DNA of 32,000 nucleotides, from positions 390,001 through 422,000 of the forward strand of contig AP027131.1 of the NCBI GenBank assembly GCA_027925225.1, read 5' to 3'. The DNA comes from Candidatus Saccharimonadota bacterium (lineage in GTDB: Bacteria; Bacillota_I; Bacilli_A; Mycoplasmatales; Hepatoplasmataceae). The position numbers and the translations under genes were made by a program. Position 1 is the stretch's first letter. Every line of letters starts with the position of its first letter. This document shows, in pieces, positions 8,793-19,149 of the stretch. Under the pieces are notes generated by a model. That model saw only the letters and a list, made by a program, of their open reading frames with translations, ran no database searches and was not told where the DNA came from.

Positions 8793-11459
8793 GTGGAAAA
8801 TAATTCAAAAATAATAAGAGAGAAATGAGTTAATTTTTTTAAAGAGAAAAAGCACCTTATTTTAAAAAGATCAAGCTTAATACCAATTGATGATGAGTCT
8901 ATTCTTTTTATTAATTCTGGAATTGCAACTTTAAAAAAATATTTTACAGAAGAAGAGATTCCTCCAAGTAAAAGAATGGCAAACATTCAACCAGTAATAA
9001 GAACTGGTGATATTGATAATGTAGGAAAAACATCAAGACATCATACCTTTTTTGAAATGATGGGAAATTTTTCAATAAATGATTATTTTAAAAAAGATGC
9101 AATTAAATTTGCATATGAATTTTTAACATCTGAAAAATATTTAAATATTGATAAAAAAATACTTTATATTACTGTTTTTAAAAATGATATGGAAGCAGAA
9201 AGAATTTGAAGAGAATTAGGAATTAAATTAGATCATATTTTTAGAATGGAAGAAAAAACAAATTTTTGAGATTTGGGTTTTGGTCCATGTGGTCCTTCTA
9301 CTGAAATTTTTTACGATAAAGGAGAAGAATATTCCTCAAAAAATGCAGAAGAACTTATAAAAAATGATATTGAAAATGATAGATTTATTGAAATTTGAAA
9401 TATTGTTTTTTCAGAATTTAATAACGATGGAAAAGGAAACTACATTTCTCTTCCACAAAAAAATATTGATACTGGGGCCGGACTTGAAAGAATTTGCTCT
9501 TGTTTAGAAAAAACTCCAACAAATTTTGAAACAGAAATTTTTAGATCAATTATAGAAAAAATTGAAAAATTATCAACTTATAAATACTTGTATGATTATA
9601 TTCCGCAAAAATTAATGAAAGAAAATAATGAACAATTTAAAATAAATTCATATTTTAAAGCAATTTCAGATTTTATTCGTACTGTTACATTTGCAATAAA
9701 TGATGGAGCAATTCCGGGTCCAAATGGAAGAGGTTATGTAATTAGAAGACTTATAAGAAAGTCTGTTTTATATGCAAGAAAATTAAAAATTAAAAATTTA
9801 TTTTTTGCAGATCTTTCTCAAGAAGTAATTAATTTAATGAAAAAATATTATCCAGAGCTTGAAAAGAATGCTTTAGAAATTAAAAACACAATTAAAAATG
9901 AAGAAGATAAGTTTGCTAAAAATTTAAAACGTGCATTATCACTTTTTAAAAAAGAGGATTGGAAAAACATTACTGAAAAAAAAGCCTTTATGTACTATGA
10001 AACATATGGTTTACCTATTGAATTTATTTATGAATTATTGGAAGAATCAAATATAAATTTAAATAAAGAAAAAATTGAAAAATATTATAAAGAATTTCAA
10101 GAAAAATCAAAAAAAGGAATGAAAGAAACTAATGCTTTTTCAAATAATAATGATTTATTCTCAAAAGAGAAAGCAACAAATTTTGTTGGCTATGAAACAT
10201 TAAAAACAATTGGTAAAATAATAAATATTAAAAATGAATATGTTATTTTTGATAAAACACCATTTTATGCAACAAGCGGTGGTCAAATATATGATATTGG
10301 CAAAGCAAATGATTTTAATGTAATTGAAGTTCAAAAAAATAAAAACAAAACTTTTATTCACAAAATCCCTGGACATAATTTTAAAATAGGTGAAAAAGTT
10401 GTTCTTCAAGTTAACGAAAAAAGAAGAAAACAAATAACAATGCATCACTCCTCTGCTCATCTTATTTTTTCAGCACTTGAATTAGTTTTAGATACACAAA
10501 TTAATCAAGTTGGTTCAAAAGTAACAGATAAAGAACTAAGATTTGATTTTTATTATAATGGAAAAATAACAGATGAAGATTTGAAAAAAGCCGAAAATAA
10601 AGTAAATGAATGAATAAAAACAAAAGAAGAAACAATTACTACTGTTATGTCTATTGATGAAGCAAAAAAGATAGGAGCAACATTTTTAGAAAATACAAAA
10701 TATGATAAAAATGTTAGAGTTGTTAAATTAAATGAACAAACTATAGATCTTTGTGGCGGAACTCATGTTTCAAATTTAATAGAAATTGAGGAAATTAAAA
10801 TAATAAAATTTGAAAAAAAAGGTACAAATGTTTATAGAATAAGTGCAGTTGCTGGTTTTGATTTAATAAAAGAATACTTAATAAAAGAAAGAGAAAAAAT
10901 ATTAAAAGAGAACTTAGAACAAGCAGAAAAAATTGAAGAAGATTTAAGATCAAAACTTGATTTTTATGATCCTAAATTTTTAATAAAAGTTAGTTTAATG
11001 ATTATGTATATTAAAAGATCAGATATTTATGATGAAAACTGAAATGATAATATTAAAAAATGAATAAAGGAATTAGAAAATGTTAAAAACTATGTTTTAA
11101 AAGAAATTGAATTAAATTTTAAAAATACTTTAATAAATTTTTTAAGCGAAGAGAAAATTAATCAAATTTTAAGAACAAAAAATTTCTCTGTAAAAGAAAT
11201 TTCAAATCTTGCATTAAAAATAATTGATGATTATGAAAATAAAATTTTAAGGATTTTAGTAATTAATAATGACAAAATTAGCTTAATTTTTGTCATAACA
11301 AAAGATTTAATAAATTCAGAAAAAATAAAAAATGAAATTGAAAATATTAAGAAAATTGGATTAAAAGGCTCTGGGAAAGATCAGTTATATATTTTTGGAA
11401 GCAAAATAGATTTATTAGATGAAATTAAAAAAGTATATAAGATTTGAAAAAATTTTTAA
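8793..11459 (+). CDS. alaS: Alanyl-tRNA synthetase
   Basis: One frame runs from GTG 8793 to TAA 11457-11459 with TGA=Trp (888 aa). Motifs: IREKWVNFFKEKKH, RHHTFFEMMGNFS, FWDLGFGPCGPSTEIFYD, RFIEIWNIVFSEFN, DTGAGLERI, the editing-domain HHSSAHL and CGGTHV, and a C-terminal GSGKDQ. The GTG start was chosen by N-terminal alignment logic; ATT 8769 or ATA 8772 are also possible. Confidence 0.93.
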
Positions 11460-11491
11460 TAAAAATTATATAATATTGTTTGTTAAGAAAA

Positions 11492-11923
11492 ATGTCTCGT
11501 ATTATTAGTTTGGATTTAGGAGAAAAATCTATTGGTATTTGTATATCTGATAAAACAAATACTATTCCTATTCCACTCGAAAATTATTTTTTTGAGAGAA
11601 AAAATTATGAACAAGCATTCAAAATTTTAAAAAATATATTAAAAAAATTTAATGATGTAAATTTAATATTATTAGGTTATCCACTAAGATTAAATGGTGA
11701 AAAATCCACATTTGCACTTGAAGTAAAAAAATTTTACAATATGTTAAAAAATAATTTAGATAAAAACATAAAAATAAAATTATATGATGAAAGATTCACA
11801 ACAAAAATTGCATTAAATGAATTATTAAAAAATTATGAAAATCCTAAAAAATTAAAAGATGTAGCTTCTGCTTATATTATATTGTATGATTATCTTTCAA
11901 ATAAAGAGAAAGAGGAAGGATAA
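11492..11923 (+). CDS. ruvX: YqgF/RuvX-family putative pre-16S rRNA nuclease (Holliday-junction-resolvase-like)
   Basis: IISLDLGEKSIGICISD and YDERFTT motifs, about 143 aa. It lies directly downstream of alaS, as in Firmicutes. The ATG at 11492 is preferred over the TTG at 11480 used in the ORF track. Confidence 0.85.
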   Translation: MSRIISLDLGEKSIGICISDKTNTIPIPLENYFFERKNYEQAFKILKNILKKFNDVNLILLGYPLRLNGEKSTFALEVKKFYNMLKNNLDKNIKIKLYDERFTTKIALNELLKNYENPKKLKDVASAYIILYDYLSNKEKEEG

Positions 11924-11928
11924 GTAAA

Positions 11929-12687
11929 ATGAGTGAAGAAGACTATTTATTTTGATCAATAATTGTTGTAGCAATAATTGCTTTAATTGCAATAATAATT
12001 ATTCAATTAAAAGTTAGAAAATTAAGAAAAATTTTAAAAAAGAAAGAATCAAGTAATATCAAATTAATTTTAATAGGTGGCGGTTCTGGTTCTGGGAAAA
12101 GTTTTATCTCTAATAAATTAGCAGAAGAAATTAAAAAAAATAAAAGAAAAGTAACTATTATAAGAATGGATCACTATTATAAAAGTATTGAAAATTTTTC
12201 AAAAAATTTTGAAAAAATAAATTTTGATTCTCCAAAAGTCATTGATTGAAAAACATTAATAAAAGATATTGATTCTTTAAGAAGTGGAATTGCTATAAAT
12301 CAAAAAATCTATAATTTTGCAACAGGAGAATATTATAAAGATAAAAATATAAAAATTGAACCTGGAGATTTCATTATTTTAGAAGGTATTTTTGTCTTTT
12401 ACAACAAAGAAATAAATCTTTTAGCAAATGAAAAAATATTCATAGAAGCAAATGAAAAAACAAGATGAAGAAGAAGACTTGAAAGAGATAAAAAAGAGAG
12501 ATATACTAAAAAAAATGAAGAAGAATTAAAAAAAATATGAGAAAACAGAGTTTTACCAATGCATAAAAAATATATTGAAAAAACCAAAAAGCATGTAAAT
12601 GACATAATAGAAAACAATAATGATAAAAATCAAAAATATATTAATGAAAAAATAAATGAAGTTTATGAAAAAATTACAAAATTATAA
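11929..12687 (+). CDS. udk: Uridine kinase family protein with an extra N-terminal TM helix
   Basis: Read with TGA=Trp (252 aa). The N-terminus has WSIIVVAIIALIAIIIIQL. This is followed by P-loop GGGSGSGKS, MDHYYK, NFDSPKVIDW, FIILEGIF and RWRRRLERDKKERY, which are collinear with Udk motifs. Confidence 0.7.
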
Positions 12688-13291
12688 TACAAAAATAATT
12701 TTAATTTCAGGAGGCAGTTGTTCAGGAAAAACAAGCCTTTCTTTGCTTATAAAAAAAGAACTTGGAAAAAATAAAGTAAATCTTATTTCAATGGATGATT
12801 ATTATTTTCCTAAATCTCATTTTAAAGACAAATTAAATATAAATTGAGATGTTCCAGAAGCATATGATTTAACTAAATTCAAAAAAGATATTAATATGCT
12901 TTTAAATGGAAAAGAAGTTAAAAAAAATATTTTTATTTATGGAAAGGATGTTTATAAAAAAGAAAAAGAGAATCTTTATCCAAAAGAATTTTTAATAATA
13001 GAAGGAATATTTTCTCCTTATTTTGAAGATATCCAAAAAAAAGCATATAAAAATATTTTTTTATACTCCTCAAAGAAAATAAGATACAACAGAAGAAGAG
13101 AAAAAGATTCAAAAAGTATTTCAAATTTTTCAGAAGAAAATTTAAAAAAGTATTGAAAAAAAGAAATAAAAGAATTTGAAAAAAAATATCTCAAAAAATT
13201 TAAAAAAGGGGGTAAACTAATAAAGACCAATAATTTAGAAAATAATCAAGAAAAAATTTTGCAAAAAATAATTAAATATATAAATAAATAA
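12656..13291 (+). CDS. Second, more diverged uridine-kinase-like P-loop protein
   Basis: ORFs 12656..12847 and 12896..13156 are in the same frame and joined via TGA (211 aa). Motifs: SGGSCSGKTS, MDDYYF, NWDVPEAYD, FLIIEGIF and RYNRRREKD. It overlaps the upstream paralogue by 32 nt. Confidence 0.65.
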
Positions 13292-13391
13292 ATAAATTTT
13301 TTATTTAAAATTAAATAAAAAAGTATTAAAATTATTGAGTTAGAATTTTTTAGAAATATTTATAATAAACATTAAGGATAAGTGAGAGATT

Positions 13392-13904
13392 ATGGATTTT
13401 ACAAAAAATATGAATATTGGAAAAACAATGAATGATGAAAAAATAGAAATCACAAAAGAAGGTATTCTTAAAAGAAAACAACGTCTTTATGAACTTATAA
13501 ACACTATAAGACCACAAATTTTGCATGAACTTTCAGAAGCGAGAAAACAAGGAGATCTTTCTGAAAATGCTGATTATGATGCCGCAAAAAATAAACAATC
13601 TCAAATAGAAGCCGAGATTTATGAATTAGAAATTCTTCTTACAAGAGCAGCTATTATTAAAAAAGGTAAAAAAAATGAAATATCAATTGGCGATATTATA
13701 GAATATGAGGATCTTGAAAAAAAAATTAAAAAAACAATAAAAATTGTTAGTTCTATTGAAGCAGATCCAACAGAAAATCCTCCATTAATATCAATTGATT
13801 CTCCCCTTGCATCATCAATAATAGGAAAAAAAACAAATGATAAAATAGAAATTTTTACACCAAAAAGAAAATATGAAATTAAAATTTTAAAAATTTCTGA
13901 ATAA
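13392..13904 (+). CDS. greA: Transcription elongation factor GreA
   Basis: Contains RKQGDLSENADYDAAKNKQSQIEAEI, the acidic-tip motif of the GreA coiled coil, and a C-terminal SIDSPLASSIIGKK. The true start may be one of the downstream ATGs (13416 or 13431). Confidence 0.9.
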   Translation: MDFTKNMNIGKTMNDEKIEITKEGILKRKQRLYELINTIRPQILHELSEARKQGDLSENADYDAAKNKQSQIEAEIYELEILLTRAAIIKKGKKNEISIGDIIEYEDLEKKIKKTIKIVSSIEADPTENPPLISIDSPLASSIIGKKTNDKIEIFTPKRKYEIKILKISE

Positions 13905-13932
13905 ATATTTAATTAAAAAAGATTTAAATGAT

Positions 13933-14592
13933 ATGACTAATAATCAATGGAATAATATAATAATAAAAATATTTAATGATAAAAAAAATTTACAAAATGA
14001 ATTTTTAAATTTTACAAAAATTAAAAAATATAATAAATATACAAAATTTATAGAAATTAAAATAGAAAAAGATTACTTAAGTCGAATTATTATTTCAAGA
14101 ATTGATGAATTTAAACTTTATTTAGAGAAAGAATTAAATGATACTGTTTTTTATATAAAAATAAATAATAGAAAATTTGAATTTTTTTCTTCTCTACAAA
14201 AAGATAAAATCTCTGATGTAAAAAAAGAAGATATTAAAAATATTCCAATTTCTTACAAAACTTCAGAAAGAATTATAAATGGAAATTTTTTCTTAAATGA
14301 AAAAATAAAAAAAGAAAATTTAAATAGAGTGGTTGATTTATTTTTTTATAATAAATTGTTTTATTCAACAAAAAAAATTACAGTGAATTATAAAATTTTA
14401 CATAATAAAAAAAATGTAAAATATAGTATTTATTTTTGTTGAACAATATTTATTCCTTTAGTTTTTTCTTTTAAAATTTTAAATAATAAAATTAAATATT
14501 CTAAAATAAAAAAAGAAATAAATGATCTAATAAATTTAAAATATATTCCACTAAATCAAGAAACAGAGAAATTTGTAAAACTTTACCTTTAA
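13933..14592 (+). CDS. Hypothetical protein (219 aa)
   Basis: ORF 13933..14442 continues through one TGA to TAA at 14590-14592. I recognise no family confidently. The N-terminal W..II.KI....L..EF..F...K pattern only faintly recalls DnaA-domain-I-like folds. Confidence 0.45.
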
Positions 14593-14703
14593 TTTTTTTA
14601 AAGTAAAAAGTTAATTATTTTGTTAAAATAATATAGAGTTATTATTATATGCTTAGTTTTTTGTATTTAATAAAATATCTCAATTGAAATTAAAGAGGAA
14701 AAA

Positions 14704-15279
14704 ATGAAATATGCTGTTATAAAAAATGGTTCTCAACAAATAAGGGTTCAAAGTGGAAAATCAATCTGAATTGATAAAATTGATACAAAGATTGGTGAAG
14801 TTTATAATTTTGAACATGTTATTGCATTAAATGATGGAGGAAAATTACATATTGGACACCCTAAATTAAATGCAAGCGTTAAAGGAATTGTTCAAAAACA
14901 TGGTAAAGGTCCTAAACTTATAATCTTTAGAACAAAAGCAAAATCAAATTGAAAAAGAAAACAAGGCCACCGTCAAGACTATACAAGAATTTTAATTACA
15001 GATATTATTTTAAATGATGAAAAAATTGATACAATAAAATCTTTAAATGTAGATCTTGAGGCAATTGATGGAATTGAAAAAGAAAAAATTTCAAAAAATA
15101 ATATCAATTCTGAAAAACAAAATAAACAAGAGATTTTAAAAAATAATATTTTTTCTGAAAAAGATGAAGAAGATGAAGATATTATAAAAAATATTATTAC
15201 TTCTAAAGAAGAAGATGAAGAAATAGAAGAATCATTAACAGTTGAAAATAAAGATAAAATTGAAATTGATGAGAAATAA
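14704..15279 (+). CDS. rplU: Ribosomal protein L21 with a ~90-aa acidic C-terminal extension
   Basis: MKYAVIKNGSQQIRVQ ... KGPKLIIFRTKAKSNWKRKQGHRQDYTRI is canonical L21 (two TGA=Trp codons). The frame then stays open for about 90 more residues rich in E/D/K before TAA at 15277-15279. This gene is absent from the ORF track because of the TGA codons. Confidence 0.9.
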
Positions 15280-15290
15280 TTTTATTAAAA

Positions 15291-15605
15291 ATGATAAATG
15301 CTAATTTTTTAAAAAAAAATAAATCAATAATAGAATTTAGTATAAGTGGTCATGCATTTTCTGTTTTAAATGAAAACGGAAATGACTTAGTGTGTGCTGC
15401 TGCTTCTGGAATTGTTTTTGGAATACTAAATTCATTAAATGATAAAACAAATGAAATTTTCGTAAAAAAAAATTTTATTTCAATAAAAACAAAAAACATA
15501 AATGATAAAAATAATCAACTAATTCTAAATGTTTTAGAAACTTCATTAAAAACTTTAGAAGAAAAAAATAAGAAAAATATTAAAATATTAGTTAAAAGAG
15601 GTTAA
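15291..15605 (+). CDS. prp: Ribosomal-processing cysteine protease Prp (YsxB/DUF464)
   Basis: SGHAF ... DLVCAAASG motifs (the catalytic His/Cys pair of Prp). It sits between rplU and rpmA. Confidence 0.85.
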   Translation: MINANFLKKNKSIIEFSISGHAFSVLNENGNDLVCAAASGIVFGILNSLNDKTNEIFVKKNFISIKTKNINDKNNQLILNVLETSLKTLEEKNKKNIKILVKRG

Positions 15606-15606
15606 A

Positions 15607-15882
15607 ATGAAATATTCTTTAGAATTGCAATTCTTTGCTCATAAAAAAGGTGGAGGTTCATCAAAAAATGGAAGAGATTCTCATTCAAAAAGATTGGGAG
15701 TTAAATTAACTGATGGACAATTTGCAAATGCTGGTTCAATAATTTTTAGACAAAGAGGAACAAAAATTCACCCAGGAATAAATGTAGGTTGCGGAAAAGA
15801 TTTTACACTTTATGCTTTAAAAGAAGGTTATGTTTCTTATACAAATAAAAATGGAAAAAAGATTGTTAATATAAAACAATAG
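15607..15882 (+). CDS. rpmA: Ribosomal protein L27 with an N-terminal Prp-cleaved propeptide
   Basis: [25 protein letters not shown] is the Firmicute-type L27 pro-sequence and cleavage motif, followed by the conserved L27 core. Confidence 0.95.
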   Translation: MKYSLELQFFAHKKGGGSSKNGRDSHSKRLGVKLTDGQFANAGSIIFRQRGTKIHPGINVGCGKDFTLYALKEGYVSYTNKNGKKIVNIKQ

Positions 15883-15919
15883 GATTTTTTCTTTTGAAAT
15901 TTTAAAAATAAATATAATA

Positions 15920-17947
15920 ATGTCAAAAATTGAGAATAAAGAAGAGATACCTAACCAGGGAAAAAATAAAAACTTGCAAATAAAAACAATTGAAAAAATT
16001 GATTATAATGATTTGTACAAAGTTAAATTTAAAAAAATTGAAGCTTTTTTAAAAGAAAAAAAAATTATTATTCCCAAAGATATAGATGATAAAGATAAAT
16101 TAATTGATTTTATAAAAAAAGAAAAAATAAATCAAAAAGAATTAAATAATTTTTTAAACAGTTTATTTAAAAATAAAATTAAAAATAAAATTTTAATTCC
16201 TCTTCTTAAACCTTTTAAAAAAATAAAAAGAAAAGTAAAAAAATATTTTGAAAAGTTTCTTTTTTCTCTTCTTAAACCTTTTAAAAAAATAAAAAGAAAA
16301 GAAAAGAAAAAATCTAAAAAAAAAGAAAGTAAATTTCAGGAAAGTAATCAATCTTCAAAAAAATTTTTAGATAAAAAAAATAAAAAGAAGAAAAAAATTA
16401 ATTTCCCTAATTCCCTTGTAATAATTGTTTCTGTTCTTTTTATTTTTGTTATTATTACTTGAATTCCTCACGATCCTTATAATCCTGGGGTCGATTATCA
16501 AACAGGAGAGGATTTATATTGAGATGCAATAGTTTCAAGAAATAGTCAAGTAGCGACAACTGGAGTATTTGGTCTTTTTGATTCTTTTTATGCTATCCTT
16601 TTAGGTTTTTTTCAAGCCTTACCTCTTTTTTTATATTTATTTGCACTTGGTGCTTTAATTCAAATTATTCTAGAAACAGGTTCCTTTGAAAGAGGAATTG
16701 GTTCAACGCTTAAAAAACTAGAAAACAAAAAAATATATTCAGTTCCAATAATTTTCTTTATATTTTCATTGTTTGGAACAGCTTGAGGTATGCAAGAAGA
16801 ATCAATCGCATATTACTCTATAATAATCCCTTTTATGATTATGAGCGGATTTACTCCAATTACTGCATTAATGATTTTAATGTTAGCAAACACAACAGGT
16901 ATGATGGCTTCAATTACAAATCCATTTTCTACTGGTGTAGCTATTGATTCTCTTCCTTCTAATTGAAATGGTGAAATAACTTTGGGAAACGGAATTGCAA
17001 GTAGATTTGTTATTTGAATAATTTTAACAACCTCAGGTGCAATATTTGTTACATGGTTTACATTAAAACATTCAAAAAAAGAAGATCCAAAAAATTACAA
17101 AGATTTAAAAGATAAATACACAAATAAACTTAAAGAAAATGATGAAACAGAACAATTAAGAATGATTGAAGATGAATTTCAATTCAATACCATGAAAAAG
17201 AGAGATGAATTATCTTTAATTGCTTTTGGTATTACTATTGCACTTATTGTTATTGGTGTTTTTCCTTGGCAAACTTGATTTCCTAATTTTGGAGTAGACG
17301 CAAATGGGAATAATAATTTTGGTTTTATTGATCCTCATATTGGTAATTTCTTTGCGGCACCAGGTTTATGAGGATTTATTGATTTAACTGTTATTCTTTT
17401 TCTTGGAATAATTGTTCAAATTTTTATTTTTGGTCCAAGGAAAAAACCTTGATCAAAAATAATTATTAAAGGTGCCGAAGGGATGCTTAGTGTTTCAATA
17501 ATAATTGGTATTGCAAGGGCTGCATCAATTGTTTTAACATATTCTGGTATGTCTGCCGTGTTTGTTACTGGACTGTCTCACCTTCCTGGACAAAATACAG
17601 ATTATGGATTTTTAATGTTTATGTTTGTTACATCGATTATTATGGGAACCTTAATACCTTCTACCTCTGGGGCAGCAGGAATTTTATTTCCTCTTGTTGC
17701 TGATTTAATTACACAAGCAGGTCAAGTACCAACATCTGCTGATGTAAATTTAATGAGTTCATCAATTATTGTGTTTTCTATGGCTCTTGGACTAGTAAAT
17801 ATGTTTTCTCCAGCTCAAGCTGTTGTGCTTGCTTCTGTAGAAAAAACCGGAATAAGTTATGGTGAATATATTAAGTCAGTATGAAGATTTATTTTAATGC
17901 AATTCTTAATTGTTTTCATTTTCATAATACCAATTATTTCAATATAA
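15920..17947 (+). CDS. YfcC/DcuC-like (C4-dicarboxylate anaerobic carrier family) membrane transporter with a ~170-aa Lys-rich N-terminal extension
   Basis: One frame runs from ATG 15920 to TAA 17945-17947 with about 10 TGA=Trp codons (675 aa). The part from about 16400 onward is polytopic with YfcC-like segments (GSFERGIG, GMQEESIAYYSIIIPFM, ITNPFSTGVA, TSGAAGILFPL). No SD or usable promoter precedes 15920, so the start is uncertain. Confidence 0.75.
16200..16301 (+). repeat. 36-bp direct repeat, two copies 66 bp apart, inside the transporter N-terminal extension
   Basis: CTCTTCTTAAACCTTTTAAAAAAATAAAAAGAAAAG occurs at 16200-16235 and again at 16266-16301. It encodes LLKPFKKIKRK twice, spaced 22 aa apart. 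Confidence 0.9.
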
Positions 17948-18084
17948 AAAAATAATGTATAATTTAAATGTGAATAAAAAGAATTAAGAAATATCCATTT
18001 TAAACGTATTACAAAAAGTTTTATTATGTGTTTAATTTTGTTATCATTTTCTTAATTATTTAAAAAAAATGAGAGGTTTACCAA

Positions 18085-19137
18085 ATGGCAGGTAGAATTT
18101 TACTTAAAAAAGTAAGAATAGGTATTATTGGAGCTGGTGGTGGTGGCACAAATGCTGTTGCAAATAATGCTCATAAATTTGCTCCTTTTAATATTGATTT
18201 TTTGGCTATCAATACAGATGAACAAGCTTTACAAAAATCAGGGAAAAGTAACTATAAATATTTTGAAAGAAAATTAATTGGTAAAAAAATTACTAATGGT
18301 TTAGGAGCTGGTTCAAATCCTGAAATTGGTTGAAAAGCTGCAGCTGAAGAAAAAGAATGAATAAAGTCTTGATTAAGAGAAAAAAAATTAATTTTTATTG
18401 TTACTGGTCTTGGTGGAGGAACTGGTAGTGGTGCTGCTCCTTATGTTACTAAACTTGCAAAAGAATTAGGAATTACTACAATATGTATTTCAACTATTCC
18501 TTTTGCTTTCGAAGGAAAAGAAAGAACAGAAAATGCTCTTAGTGGTTTAAAAACTATAGAAAAATATGCTGATCTTTCTATAGTTATAAATAATAATGAT
18601 TTATTTAAACAACATTCAGAAAATACTGTAGAATCAACATTTCTTACTGCTGACAAATTACTGGGTGATGCAATAATTACAATTTTAAATTTAATGTTAG
18701 AAGATTCTTACATTAATGTTGACTTTGCAGATATTGAAAAAGTTATTAAAGGTGCAAAAGGTGGATTTATATCAATAACTTTTGCAAAAGATGTAAATGA
18801 CAAAGGTTTAAAGGAAAATTCAAGTAAATTTGATAAAGCAATAAAACAATTACTTGATCATACAATTGTGCCAACAGAAATGAAAACAGCAAAAAGAGCA
18901 GTTTTAAGTATTTCTGGACCAAACAAAATTTTAAAAATGGATTATGTAAGATACATAATTAATTCTATTTTAGAAAATGTAAATGCAAATTTAGATATTA
19001 TTTTTGGTCTTACAAATAATAATGAGTTAGGAAACAATTTAAAGATATCATTAATTCTTACAGGAATGAAAGAATTGATTGTAACAGACAATATTGTAGG
19101 AATTGAGGAGAAGTTTTTGCATAAAAAAACAAAGTAA
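18085..19137 (+). CDS. ftsZ: Cell-division GTPase FtsZ (short, 350 aa)
   Basis: ORFs 18085..18333 and 18694..19137 are in the same frame and joined via TGA. Motifs: GGGGTNAV, tubulin signature GLGAGSNPEIG, GLGGGTGSGAAP, and T7 loop NVDFADIEKV. A GAGAGG Shine-Dalgarno sequence lies upstream. Confidence 0.93.
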
Positions 19138-19149
19138 ATTGAATAAAAT

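Noticed and set aside
14593-14703. A possible ribosomal-protein L21 leader RNA structure upstream of rplU.
   Set aside because: I found only weak AT-only stems of 6 bp. Nothing can be supported by eye, and a covariance-model search would be required.
15894-15918. TTGAAA and TATAAT hexamers upstream of the transporter gene as its promoter.
   Set aside because: The spacer is only 13 nt, and the TATAAT ends 2 nt before the ATG. It cannot drive a transcript containing that start codon, and is probably a chance AT-rich match.
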